Assembly (NCBI GenBank): GCA_002269645.1
Contig: NIVC01000487.1
Coordinates: 187,825-251,824, forward strand
Origin: Macrostomum lignano
Lineage: Eukaryota
Reading direction: 5' to 3'
DNA length: 64,000 bases
Shown: positions 51,157 to 64,000 of the stretch, in pieces
How positions within the stretch are numbered: the stretch's first letter is position 1
Layout of the letters: each line of letters starts with the position of its first letter
Program-made: the position numbers and the translations under genes
Notes under the pieces: model-generated
What the model was told of the DNA's origin: nothing
Seen by the model: the letters and a program-made list of their open reading frames with translations, nothing else
Database searches by the model: none

Positions 51157-53992
51157 TTTCAAATAGTTATTATTGAACTTATTGCAGCAACTTACTATAA
51201 CTTGAGACAGATGTTTTAATATTTTTTTTCTGGCTTGCTATATGAATAGGTGCATCCATAGCCATGATAGCTATGATAAAGAAAAAGAAGAAATAGAGGT
51301 CAAATAAGATCTTAATATCAGGCGTCAGGATCAATATTTGAGAATTAGACTTTTTTCTTATCTTAGTTTGAAAAAGTGCCAAGATAAGAGATTCTTTCTT
51401 TTTAGATTGGTAGAATTGCTTGGCTATAAAAGTATGTAAAATTTTATACAAAACAAATAGTCTTAAATCTAAAAAAATTCAATCTAATCTTGCATTTTGT
51501 TGCCAAATAAAATCTTGAAAATTCCAGAAAGTCAATATTTTAAAAACCTATTTGCTATTGTTGCTAAGCTTCTAAATGAAATAATTTAATGTGTCTTATA
51601 ATCATAAAAAATCCAAAGTTTATATAATAAAGAGACAAATAAATGCTTTAAACTATTTTATTTTAAAAATAACTATATAGATTCAACCTTGTCATATTTG
51701 TTTTAATAACAAAGCACTTATATAGCTGTTTAGCAAATTATTATTTGAAAAAATAGAAAACTTTAAAAATTTACAACTTTGTATAAAAGAGAATGAAATA
51801 TGAAAAATAAAGGAAATGATATCATGATATACTATAAACATTTACTGGTGCTATAATATTTTAGATAAATTATAAGCAACTTAGACAATACTTGATACAA
51901 TGAATTATTGATTTCCTTGATTTTATTTAAACCAAAATTCTAAAAAATTAATAAATAATTTGGTAGACTAATTTAGACTACATAAATTAGTTTTTTAATT
52001 CTTTTCAAAAACAAATGTTCAAATTTATTTCATTATTCAAATCAATTGCTAGTTGATCTTGGTTTCCAATATAAAAGTAAATAAACATATATGATATAGA
52101 TAAACATAAATTTCATTTAAGCTACATAATCTATATAACTAAATCTGAATATAATAAATATTAAAATGAAAGACAGTTTGTTACAAACTTCTATGAAAAA
52201 TACACATCACATCACTGCAATATACTTTATTTGATAAAACGAAGCGCAATATCGTTGGTAAATTTGCTAGTTTTGATAATAACCGGACTAAAACCTTTTT
52301 AGAAAATTAGTTTCTTTATATTTTATTAACACTAACTTGGATCTAGTACTGTAGTACATTTAGAGGTCGATGACTCGTTTTTAGCGCTTCACAAATATTC
52401 GTTGGAATCAACTAAAAATGTTTCTGTTTTTTTTATTTTATTCATAAAATAGGTCATAAGTGTGTTAAACTTTAGCTGTCAAAATTTGCTTTGCCTTATT
52501 ACTTTGAAAGTACAAATGCGAAGTTTAAAGCGGAAAAAAGTGTAGTTCGTAGAAAGCGCGATATCTTTATTTACTTCTTATTTGTATTTCCTACCACTAC
52601 TAATTACAACAAATTGTTTAAAAAACACATTTGATAAAGCAGATTTTTTTACTAAAAAGCTAAATATCTTTGCAAGAACAAAAATACTTTTAATAGCTGT
52701 TTCAAATATAGCCCATGCATTCTGCCATTGACGCGCTATGTTTCAAATGTATGCTATCAAAACTCATGAAGTCCTACATGTATGTACACAGAGTTTGTTT
52801 AGTCTCCTAGGCAAGGACGGATTAAGTGGGTCAGAAGCCAAGTTTCTCAGAATATTTAGCTGCAGCTGGGAGTGGTTTTGCGCAAAGAACACAATTAGGA
52901 TTAAGACTTTATTTTGAGCAAAAACCCATTTTAAAAAGCGTGTGGAATGCTCATCTTTAGTAAAAAAAAATTTATTTTTGTAAATTAGATTCCCTGTTGT
53001 AGATAAAATTTTGTACCCTACACCCCAAAAGATTTATATATTTAGTTGCATATAATATGCTTCAATAAAATTTTCTCCTATCCCGCGGGGTACACGTGCA
53101 CTGTACATGCAGTGTACGTCATGATCGCATCAAAAAATTTACTCGTAATTTAAACGAAATTTCGGCGGGTTCTATTTCAGTCGTCCTTGGACCTTGGTAT
53201 GCATAATACTTGCTCAATGGCCTGCTGTAAAACTACCAAGGATCGCTAGAAATTACCGTTATATCAGGACGTAACACTACTATACGTACTACAACTGATA
53301 CAATTACATGTAACGCGGTACTTCTAGTGGTTCTTGAAAACTACGTGTATGAATTAATGCTATACTAAAGTGCGTATATATTACATCGTCTCTTTGGGTG
53401 TATAATCATGCTTTATTTTTGTATGCTTTTATTCATTATACACGTACACGTACACTCATAGATAGCTCTTAAACCATGAAAAATTAATTATAAAGGTATG
53501 TCCTACCACATATATAGTACATGATGTACCTTTTGAACTGGATATAATAAAATAAAAGAAAACGGAGGCTAAAAGATCGATGGTTAAAAAACAACCATCT
53601 TCTAATAAATCTAAATATATATAAGCAGAAGATTGTATACATACGCGTGCAACTCTTTTAAGAGTCGTCGCTTAATGGAAAGGAATAGAGTGGGAGGATA
53701 GGTATCAGGTTCAAGTACACTGACCGGTCCAGTAGTGAAAAAGAGAGAATTGGAATAGGATTAGTAATGCAAGTTCCAGCCAACACGATGGGGCGGACGG
53801 ACGAAAAGATGCAGGCCGGCAGTACACACAACAGCTGACAATGGGGAGAGAAATCCGGCCGACTCCGCATCGTACCGCTCTCCGATGGGCATAAAAATGA
53901 AGAGTCGTCATTGATTTTGCAGCAACATTATACATCAGCACTCGTCGCAAATCAATAGAGCCTATAGAGCGCCTGCGGCCCCCCAATACAGA

Positions 53993-55200
53993 ATGTCAAA
54001 CAGAGGCAAAAGTGGCAACAAAAACACGGCCTTCGAGGTGAGCCTGAACGAAGGTAACATCACGCCGCGGAGCGGCAAGCCAAGACATTTGGACCGGCGC
54101 CTAGAAGATCGACCATCGACCCCGGACGTTATCGACAAGAGGCAGCGAGAGGCTGAGGAGCGACGCAAGGTAGGAGCCTAGGAGGGCCCTTTTGGGGGCC
54201 AGCGTACCCCACCATGTTTTGAAAGAAACTTCCTCAATACCGTCGAGTCGATTTAATCAGCAATATTTTTAGGACGATCAGATTTTCTGCATAAAAGCTG
54301 AATTTGCCTTGATGAGCATTCTATTAGTTAGAGGTACGAGTATATCAAGGTTTAAAGCAACTTGAATGACATCAGGTTGAGGGGGCCTTAGCCCAGTGGT
54401 CCAGCGCGGCGCTCTGATGTATTCTACCAATGGAGCACGCTCGATTCCAAGTGCAGTCACATTCATTTGGGGCTAAATTTGAATTTCGGCTTGGCTCTGC
54501 TCGTTTACGCCCTTGAAATTAACACCCTTGAAATCCAAACCCAAGAAGTGTACATGCATAACGATAAATAAAGTTAGGGCCTGTGTGAGTGTGTACCTGT
54601 GCGTATGACTGCGTACGTATCCGCGCACTTGTGTGCCTGCTCAGGTGAGTCGGCGGAATGGGCAGCAATGCCTCTCGCCGGTTGTGTGACAATGCTGTTT
54701 AAAGTGCGCCAGGGTGCACACAACCCCTGTGACTTCTCAAAAATCAGATTGAAAGAACTTTCAGGAACTAAAGTGTCTAACACTGACTATTTTTGAAAAT
54801 TATCCTGTTAAAAATTATGAATTAAGGGTTGGCAAACTCCGGCTCACCGCCTGCGAAGCCTCTCTACCCGCCTCTCGGGTCCTTTGAGACTTCACAAATA
54901 GCAATCCGGCCCACTCAAGATTTGTCTCTTCTCAGCTCTCTTTTCCTCTCTTCTCCATTTCCTTTATCACCTATCTGCACTCTCCCCTCTCTCCGCTAGA
55001 TTCCATACCTGACCCTTGGGTTAAAACAGTTTGCCGAGCCCCGATCTAAATCATCACAAACGCACCGATCGCGCAATACACACTCGCAGAAAAAGGAAGA
55101 AGAGATGCTGCGACGCGTTGCCCAACACAATGTCAAGGTGGAGAAAATGGCCAAAGAGGCTGAGCAGCGGCGTCGAGCCTACGGACACAAAGCTAATTGA
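53993..55200 (+). CDS. Small stathmin-like protein (95 aa), 2 coding exons
   Basis: Exons 53993-54169 and 55090-55200 (GT-AG, phase 0). TAFEVSL...TPRS...STPDVIDKRQREAEERRK|KKEEEMLRRVAQH resembles the stathmin AFELIL...SLEEIQKKLEAAEERRK pattern. Confidence 0.7.
54385..54740 (+). mobile_element. tRNA-derived SINE family B, copy 1 (stathmin-like gene intron)
   Basis: TAGCCCAGTGG A box and GCTCGATTCC B-box-like motif; about 350 bp homologous to 57070-57430. Confidence 0.75.
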
Positions 55201-55878
55201 TTACTCAATGCAGAACTAGAAGGATTATGATGATCAACGAATACTAATTTGCTTACAGCTTCTTATACGATCTATAAGTGCTCAGAGGAAGAGCTCAAAG
55301 CTAATAGTTGCACTTTGCACTTATTAGTAACTAAAAAGCAAACTAATTGTGCAAAATAATAGACACCTGATCCGATTGTAGTTTTTGATGCTTAGATTAA
55401 CATTAGATATAAAAGTACATGTAATACACCTCACAGCCTAGTCTATAAGACAGATAAAACACTACACAGTTATATACGACCATGTTATTATCCGGGACTG
55501 TTTAACCAGAAATAAACTGTCAGAAAATATTTTCAAGCTTGATTTATTATGAATTATTTTTATTAACAAAAACAATTTCACACCGTTACTTTCCGACTAT
55601 TGCATTTTAATGCTATTGAATTGCCAGTAAACAGGTACAAACCGATACCAAGGACCACTAGAAGTTACCGTTGACTTCCTACTTTAGCACTAAATTATCT
55701 ATACTAGTATAACTCACCTGTCTTACCTGGTATCTGTTCGATTAGAGGTTCGAATGACAAGTTATTCGAATTAGAATATTAAATATGATTTTTCTTAAAA
55801 CTTTAGATTAGCTATACAGAACGCCAGTGTAAAGTCCTGACGATACAAAATAACTTTTAGTAGTCCTTAACTATTAAA

Positions 55879-58800
55879 TTAATCATCAAGCTTCAAAGCT
55901 TTCTGTCTGGCCTGCTTCAGTCGCAGGCGTTCAAACCGGGCATTAGTGTGGGATTTGAACAGCGGATTAGCTTTCAGCCAGGATTCGTAAGCGGAGCGGA
56001 ACAGCTGATATTCTTTGGGATCGACGGGGCGGCCACCGCAGGCCGAGCTGACCTCGGCGACGGCCAAGGAGGACGCAGAGGAGGCCGCTGCTGCGGGCAG
56101 GCGGTCGCGGCACCTGGCCACTTCGGCCTCCAACAGGCGGACAACAGCCGGACTAGGCGGCACATCAAAGCCGGTCATCCGCCTCACCAGCCAGATTCTA
56201 TAGGCCAAATCGTAGGGCTGGGCGGCGCTTAGCATAGCGTGAAACACGGCCTGGTCAGGCTGGGCCGCGTCGCGCGCCATGTCCGCCAGGAGGCGCTCGG
56301 CGGCCTCCTTGGAGCGGCAGGCGCCGCCCAGAGCCACGTAGGTGTCCCGGTCCGGCCGCAGGCCATTCGACCGCATCTCGTCCAAAGTGTCCGAGCAGTC
56401 CAGCCGGTTCCGAACCCGATAGCGGAGCAGGGCATTGTACAGGTTGGCCCCGCCGCCGGGAGTCGATGCCCGGTGGAAGCCGCGGCTCCGGCAGAGCCGC
56501 ATCAGCGTCCGCTCAGCTTCCGGTATTGGCGGAAGCATCTCCATCAGTTCGAAAGCGATCGCCGGAGTTGGCTCGGCGCCGTCGGCTCGCATTGACTCGA
56601 GTAGGCCAGCTAAGCCGCCAATTAGAGTAAGGCGTTGCCATGGCAACCTGAGCGCATCAGGCGAGTCTGGCAGGCTCGGCAGCGGCTGACGCGGCCGGAG
56701 GAGGCTGAGCGGGCAGCTCAAAGCCAGAGCGGCTGGTGGCTGAGCCGGCAGTGAGAAGTCCAGCTCTGACTGCGGCAGTTCAGCAGCCGACTCAGCTACC
56801 GGCTGCCTCATCACTGTCAGATTCTGGGCGTCCAGCTCAGCCGACCAGCCGTCCTGCAGTCGCTGCATCGCGGCGCCAGCGCCGGAGCCTTTGACGTCAC
56901 CAGATTGGCCGTCGCCGAGTCGATTGGAGCCGGACCGCATGAAAGCCCGGGCTGGCGGCCCGGCCGCCGCTTCCGCCGCTGCCATGAGGCTCGGCTGACC
57001 GATGCCGCAGGCTCGAAGGCACCTGAGATGGGGATTTGGTAGAGTTGCATCTGTGTTGCATCGTCTACTAAAATAGCCCAGCGGTCTAGCGCAGGCTCTG
57101 GTGTGCTAGCGGCCTAGGCTCGATTCCAAGTGCAGTCGCATTAATTTGGGGCTAAATTGGAATTTCTGCTTGGCTCTGCTCGTGCAATTAACGGCCGTGA
57201 GGGGCTAACCCCTAAGACACAGTGAAGTGTACATGCCTAACGATAAATAAAGTTAGGGCCGCTGTACACTCCTGTGTGAGTGTGTGCCTGTGCGTGTGAC
57301 TGCGTACGTATCCGCGCGCTTGTGTGCCTGCTCAGGGGAGTCGGCGGAATGGGCAGCAATGCCTCTCGCCGGTTGTGTGACAATGTCGCTTAAAGTGCGC
57401 CAGGGTTGCACACAGCCTCTGTGACTTATAAAAAGAGAACAATAGATTTCTGCGACAGTTATTGGAAGACCTTTCCAGTTAGAAGTTAGACCAACCTGAG
57501 CAGCCGATGATAGTGATGGGCCGACAAGCGACCACCGAATGCCAGACGGAATCGGCGCCAAACAAGCAGTGCGATGGCGCTGCCGGATGTTTTGTCGGCG
57601 AAGGCCGCCTGCAGCAGCGCGTTTAGCATTGTAGGCAGCGGGTGCTGCTGTCCAACGGATACGGAATCGTCGAATATCTGCAGTAGTTGTTGCACAGTTA
57701 GTTTCAGTGAGATTTAAATAGAAATTTGCAAACATCACTTAGAAGCAATGTTTTTCTATTGTGGCCACTAATAATAAGACTTGGGAGAGGAGCGGCATCT
57801 ACTGAGGGAGAAGGGTAAGGGGAAGGGCCACCGTAGCAACAGCGGCACCCACAGCAGGACAGTGAGGGAGCAGCGGCAACCAATGCTGCAGGACACTGAG
57901 GGAGCAGCGGCAACCAAAACTGCAGGACACCGAGGAAGAGGAAGCAGCGGTAACCAATGCTGCAGGACACTGGGGGAGCAGAGGCAACCACTGCAGGACA
58001 CTGAGGGAGCAGAGGCAACCACTGCAGGACACTGAGGGAGCAGAGGCAACCACTGCAGGACACTGAGGGAGCAGAGGCAACCACTGCAGGACACTGAGGG
58101 AGCAGAGGCAACCACTGCAGGACACTGAGGGAGCAGAGGCAACCACTGCAGGACACTGAGGGAGCAGCGGCAACCAATGCTGCAGGACACTGGGGGAGAA
58201 GCGGCATCCCATAAAAACAATGAAGTAAGACAAACCTTAAGCGCCTCCTGCACTAGTCCATTCTTGGCGCAGGCTAGCACAGCAAAATAGTACACGTATC
58301 TGTGCTGCTCCCCTCCGCCCCCAGCCTGCTTGGAGTCTTCGCAGAGCGCGTGATAATAGCGACAGGCCAGCTCGCCCGCCACCCGGTCCGGAGTGCCGTC
58401 ATAGTAAGAGGCCTTAGCCAGAGAGTGCAGATAGTGACAATGGGTCGCATAGTTGGGCTCCACACCGGCTGAGCGACACCTGAATTGAATTATGATTCCA
58501 TAATAAATCTTTATTAGTCTGGATTAAACTCTCAAAGTCTCTAAACATTTGCTCGATTCAATCTCGATTGTAACAGCCATTCAGTCAGTTCAGTCACCTA
58601 GGCTAAGAAGCATCCCAGAATATCAATGGCATCGCCGCAGGTAACACGTACAGGTAAAATAGGAAAGAGGTGATTCCAGACGACTCTAAAATGATGAGAT
58701 GTCACGGTAAAAGTCGCCAGAAAGTCGTTAAAGAGTCACCTAAGAGTCACTTTGAAGCGTTTTATTGTCAGAGATTCTGAAAATGACTCTTGGACGGTGG

Positions 58801-59811
58801 AGTGGTATCTGAGGCGTTAGAGTCGCTGAATTACATATAGAGTCCTGGTGTTGCGTCACTTTATGAATTAGAATCGAATATCGCATTTAAAACAACTTTA
58901 TTTAGTCTACTTGAGTTAGTAGAAAGTTAAGCGCTGACCGCTAACACAGACTTTTTTATGATTCTGCAACTCACGTGATGCACTAATAACTCAACAGTCG
59001 CCTCTCCGTCGCATTCATTAAAGTCATTAGATAGTTGTTACTCCTAAAATAAACTCTAATCGTAAAGGACCTTTAAAGCTTATTTAAGTACTGAAATTGT
59101 TTTTAATTGCTAGTGAAAAATATTTAAATTTAAAACTAGCGGGTAAAAAGCGCGAGTATATCAAAAAATTGCCTCGGCAGCTAATTAGTTATCAAAAACC
59201 TTTATTTTTACGAATCATAATCAGGCATCGCACCTATTCATCACCGCCTTAACCTCGTCGTAGGCGCCAACCGAGGCCAGGTGTCGCATTGTCTGATTCA
59301 TTATTCGCCTAGTGGGCAGGAATCGATCCTCGCCGATCATGTCTCGATGCAGCAGGCGCACAATGCCGGCCGTGTCGCCGGCCTCCGCTAGCTTGTCTAG
59401 CCGTCGCAGATACCAGCCTTCGTCGTGCTTCCTGCCGACTCGCGCTAGAGGCCGATGATCGGGTAGCCGGTCCTCGTCAATAATAACTGTATCGTCTGGC
59501 GCCGATTCCGACATAGCGTCGGCGGCCTCTTCTAGGCCGAGCTCGATGTCGATCCGGGCGGATTCGGGCGGCTCTACTAGGCTGCTGGTGCGGGCCAGGG
59601 CGCCGAATTCGAAGCCAGATTTGTCCGTCCGCATCGGCTGCTGTTGCTGTTCAACCCGACGCCGATTGGATTTGTTCCGATTGGCCAGCTGTCCAAATCG
59701 AAACGCGCTGCTGGAGTCCTCCATGGTGGCCACGGAGCTGCTGCCAAGCCGGCGACTGGCCGCAGCCACTGTCCTGGTGGCAGATGATAGGCACAGGCGA
59801 CAGAGCAGCAT
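55879..59811 (-). CDS. PTCD1: Mitochondrial pentatricopeptide-repeat protein, PTCD1-like, about 715 aa
   Basis: Exons 59811-59234, 58479-58236, 57677-57496, 57022-55879; phase-consistent GT-AG. Arg/Ser/Leu-rich targeting-like N-terminus. GWYLRRLDKLAEAG...DMIGEDRFLP, RACGIGQP and PPR-type helices (YNALL...MRSNGLRPDRDTY; FHAML) are collinear with PTCD1 as I recall it. Confidence 0.8.
57070..57430 (+). mobile_element. tRNA-derived SINE family B, copy 2 (antisense in a PTCD1-like intron)
   Basis: TAGCCCAGCGG...GCTCGATTCCAAGTGCAGTC...GGCAGCAATGCCTCTCGCCGGTTGTGTGACAATG shared with 54385-54740. Confidence 0.75.
57840..58200. repeat. 31-bp minisatellite (GGAGCAGAGGCAACCACTGCAGGACACTGAG)
   Basis: Direct inspection. 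Confidence 0.85.
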
Positions 59812-60539
59812 TAATGCAGAAAGAGTTTATTTTAGTTTTATTTTTATGGCTTTAAGATTGCATGTTAGAGGTTGCATGAGAGATAGCCCTTGAGTAATTG
59901 CTCAAAAAGTAGAGTTCCCACGTAGCTAAGGATACGGTTACAGGAAGTTACAGACACGGAGATTTTTTTATTTCCTAAGAAATCCTTAGTCCCTGGGGTT
60001 GGAGACTTAAGCAACGGATTTTCGATGCCACATGCATGTTTTCTTGTTGGGGCTTAAGTTAATATGAGTGCAGTTGCAACCATTGCAGTTCCAACCAGTT
60101 CCAACACTCTTGTCAACTCCGACACGAAAGCGTTGCTTCTTGTCGATATGGTTTCCTCCTCGTAATATGCAGTTCCATATTTGAATTTGTCACTAATTGT
60201 TTTGCTGAGCTAGTTAATCTACTGATTAGTTGTGACTCGTACTTGAGTAGTTTTGGGCTGGCTCTCTGTTTGTCGGAAGCTACAAACCAGCAAGTCACTT
60301 CTGTTCGCGGTTACAGTTTCTAGTGACTTTGTTTTTTATAGGGTTCTTTTTCTCCCCGAATTTGTAGCCGGAGGTACTTAATTTTCAATTTGCAGCTATC
60401 TTGATGATCGATAATATTGGTGCAGAACTTAGAGCTTAGTTGCACGTCCAGTGTCGCATTGGGCAGTGTTACTATCCAGTTTTAATTATCTGTTATTCAA
60501 TTGATCAGTTTTCTATGTCTTCCCTCTACAGATCCTGGC

Positions 60540-61260
60540 TCTTCGCATAGTCATCGAGGAAGCGAAAGGGCCGTGCTTCCAATGGTGTTTCGTGCTTACA
60601 GCATGCCAGAGAGGCTGATTACAGCCGTCATGGCACTGTATCATAGCACGATAGCTGCTGTGCTGACACCGGGCGGCTTGTCGGATTTCTTTGAGAATCC
60701 TCTCGAGTGCTTCAGGGAGATACGCTTGTGCCGTTCCTGTTCGTCCTGGTGCTGCGGACTACTCTCCCTTCTAACGAAGACGGCTGCAGCGATGCGTGGG
60801 TCGACGCCAACTGGAGAGGCGGCTCAGCGTGCTTGGCTACGCCGACGATCTCGCCCTGCTGCCCTCGACCGTCGAGGGCGCCCAGCGCCACGTTCGCGAG
60901 GACCTGCGACGTCGCCGCGGACTTGCCTGGGCTGCCATCCGCTCTGCAAGGGCTGTCGTGAAGTCGGAGGCAATGCCTGGTCGCCAGAGGGCGGCGATAT
61001 TCCAGGCGGTGATCGAGACTGTACTGTCCTACAACGCCTAGATCGGTACGCTGGCGGAATCGCTTGAACAGCAGGTCGATGCAGCGCACGCCCCCTTCAT
61101 GATTGGCTACGAGCAAGTCACTCACTCTATCGCCGGAATGGCCTGTCCCGTCCCAGCGAACTGTTGCACCGTCGGTGCAGGAGGTGCTGTCGCTGACGCC
61201 GCAGGCACCCTACCGGCGAGGACAGGCGTGCGCACTCGACCTCAAAAAGCCCTATTACGA
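60540..61260 (+). mobile_element. Decayed non-LTR retrotransposon (RTE-like) reverse transcriptase fragment
   Basis: Frameshifted pieces: AYSMPERLITAVMALY, QGDTLVPFLFVLVL, LGYADDLALL, IFQAVIETVLSYNA; internal deletion and stops. Confidence 0.85.
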
Positions 61261-62609
61261 GTGCGAGGCTCATGCAGTACCGAATATTATACAGGGCAGT
61301 GTATTACATTGTTAACGTAAACGAGAACGCAAAGGCAAAATACAAAGCAATGAATGGTTTGAGAGGGGTATGGGCATGGCTAGTGCTCACGCAGTTTCTC
61401 TCTGCAATTTTTAGGCAACCATCAACCACCACTGCACCCCAAAGCATTTGCTGCGAGTCTTCTGTCTCCTGTGTTCGCAGGCTCGCTGACTTGGACCTCA
61501 AACCTCAGCTTCGGCATTGAGGTTGGCTAGTTTAAAGATAGTCTGTTTGCATAGTGTTCATATCACAAAGTATCTATTGAAATATTATTCCAATCTAATC
61601 ACTTATACAAATACTTGATATCTATTATAACTAAAAATAATATACAACTTAAATTTTTTAAAAGAAATTAGACAATTATAAAAGTATACTACTAGGTCTA
61701 AGATAGATTGAAACCCTTAAGTGATTTCATTATGGATTACTAGCAATCTAGTGCCCCCTTCAGGGCGCCCAATAAGCAAGGAGCAAAAATTATTCATGTA
61801 AATTCATTAGAAAAGCATATTTTCATAAATTAAAATTTTGATTTAATTAAAATTTGACTTTTGGAAGTGTGTAAAAGAGTGGCGAAAAATAAACTAATTT
61901 TTGCTATATATACATGCATTTTGTTCTGTATAAGCAGTATATCAAGAGTAAAAAGTGAGTTTTGGTCATACAAAACTTTGTTTTTCTGAATTTTGATTTT
62001 AGAAAATTTCAATTACCATTTTGGAAAGTTAGCAAATTTTAATTTTGACAGAAAATGATTTCTAATAATCCTAAAGCGCATTAAAATAACTTGACTCTTT
62101 TTCTAAAGCACGCATCCACAAGTTTTCAACATTTATTCCAATAGGGACACCAAGTCATTTAGATTAAATGTCACAAAACAGTTATGACATAACTAATTTC
62201 AAAGGCAAGTCAATATTAGTTTCAATTAACATTGGCAATATGGTTACATAATGTAAATCAAGTTTAATGCTACATTCTTCTACACTATATTTTCAACACT
62301 ATAATGCAATTCCAATTGATGTTAAAATTTTTAGCTAGTACACAAACAATAAATAAAAAGCCTTGTATAATGCAATCTTTATCAGAACCAGAATTCAGTC
62401 AGTTTTTTAACATTTTTATTAAGTATTTCAAATTGAAAAGTCCATTTGACCTTTGAAAAAAACATGTTTTTTATATTTAATCACTTTAGCATTGAGAAAT
62501 TACTTAGCCAAGACATATGTACCATTAGGGGAAATTTATACATAAATTTGAAAAAGTTTCTTAAAGTTTGAAGAAAATTGGTTTAATCATTTTTCTCTAA
62601 TTAAAATTA

Positions 62610-63200
62610 GATAGCAAGTCAATTTGCCAAAAGTTGATCTGCCAAAAGTCAATTTACTAAATGTAGGTTGTTTTGCCAAAAGTTTTTTGTTAAACAAATA
62701 AACAACAAACAACAACAAAATCAATCTTGTATAAGCCTACAATTATTTGTTTTTTTAACTGCTATTGAACAATCTGGACATCTTATGTATAGCTAATAAA
62801 TCTTTAATAATTGTTCATGAGTTTAAAGTGGCAAGGGAAAGGCAGAAAAAGGTAGGGGTAAAGGCGGCTACTACCTACTACTTACTGTCATATAATGTAG
62901 AAAATAAAAAAATGTCTATTGATACAAATTGTCTAAATTGCCATATACTATATAGCCTATAAATGGCAAGTTGTTAGGCAAAAAATATTTTCTTTATATT
63001 TTACAATTAAAAAATTGTACTAGCAAAGAGAAATATTCTGTAATTAATAATGAATTAAAATAATTTTAGGCAATGACAGCCAACAAATCAAATTTATGAT
63101 ATTTAACATGTTATCAATCAAGTTTTAGCAAATTGACTTAAGTTTTGGCAAAAATATATTTGGCAAATCATCTTTTGGCAAAAAAAGTTTTTTTGCAAAT
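62610..63200. mobile_element. Possible AT-rich fold-back element with clustered TTGCCAAAA / TTTTGGCAA inverted motifs
   Basis: TTTGCCAAAAGTTGATCTGCCAAA (about 62625) approximates the reverse complement of TTTGGCAAATCATCTTTTGGCAAA (about 63160). Confidence 0.35.
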
Positions 63201-64000
63201 TATCTAGTATTCATAAATCATATAAAATAGATTTTTATCTACCAACAAGACATTTTTTAGTATATGGATTATATTAGACATTATATAAAAAAAAGAATTT
63301 AATCAAACTTAAACTAAGCCATAAACAATAAGCAACTATCAGCAAACTATTTTGATATAATTATAGTACTCCTAGTTCTAGTCCTATTCTGTGCATATTT
63401 TAAACCAAAACCACTAGCCCTAAATTAATACAATTTTATATTTAGTAGGTCCCTACTGTTATGCATGAAAAGAAGTTGACTTTGCTTGTTAATTTTCCTT
63501 TCTAAAATCGAAATTGATAGCTTTATTGTTAAATTCCCAAGTGTCTCACTTAATATTATATTACATTACAATACATATATTATAATATTACATATTATAT
63601 TATATTCTAAAGATAATACTTGATGTTATTGTTAGCCTCTCTCTTGTAATAGTACAATTAATTGAATGCCAGTTAAATAATAGTAGTTTATCTGTTTAGC
63701 TAAGTAGTCTAGCCTAGTTAGTATTAACAGTTTATCATTAACTTAATTTACAATAAGTAAGGAATAGAAACTGGTGCGTTTTCAACAACCACCGCATACA
63801 TTAATTTTCAATTTTCATTAAATGAAGTTTCACGAGTCGATAATTTTTCAAAATTTAAACTTTCTGTGGAGTTAGAAGATTTATATTCATTAAAACAAAG
63901 TGAATGTTGGTTAAGGGACGCCGTATGCTGTTCTTTACTTAGTAAATTTAAAAGTTAGGCTTCTGTGTATAGTTTTTGCACCGATTGATGTAGAACTGAA

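Overview
Eukaryotic (animal) genomic DNA with spliced genes, GC-rich exons and introns packed with minisatellites. The style suggests a flatworm such as Macrostomum, but this is inference only. I rebuilt six intron-containing protein-coding genes by hand from GT-AG junctions with consistent phases. (1) A rhodopsin-class orphan GPCR (minus, runs off the left edge). (2) Troponin T (plus, 12 coding exons, including an 18-nt microexon). (3) An SH2 + tyrosine-kinase-like protein whose kinase motifs are degenerate (probable pseudokinase; minus, 8 exons). (4) An apparent fusion gene in which two Sex-lethal/ELAV-type RRMs splice in frame into a serine-dehydratase (PLP fold type II) domain that has lost its PLP-binding lysine (minus, 4 exons, about 785 aa). 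(5) A small stathmin-like gene (plus). (6) A PTCD1-like mitochondrial PPR protein (minus). Also present: two tRNA-derived SINE families (two copies each; one family CORE-like), a decayed LINE reverse-transcriptase fragment, fold-back inverted repeats and about 25 different tandem arrays. Most long ORFs in the supplied track are translations of these arrays. The best candidate for an undescribed system is the Sxl/ELAV-RRM : dead serine dehydratase fusion.
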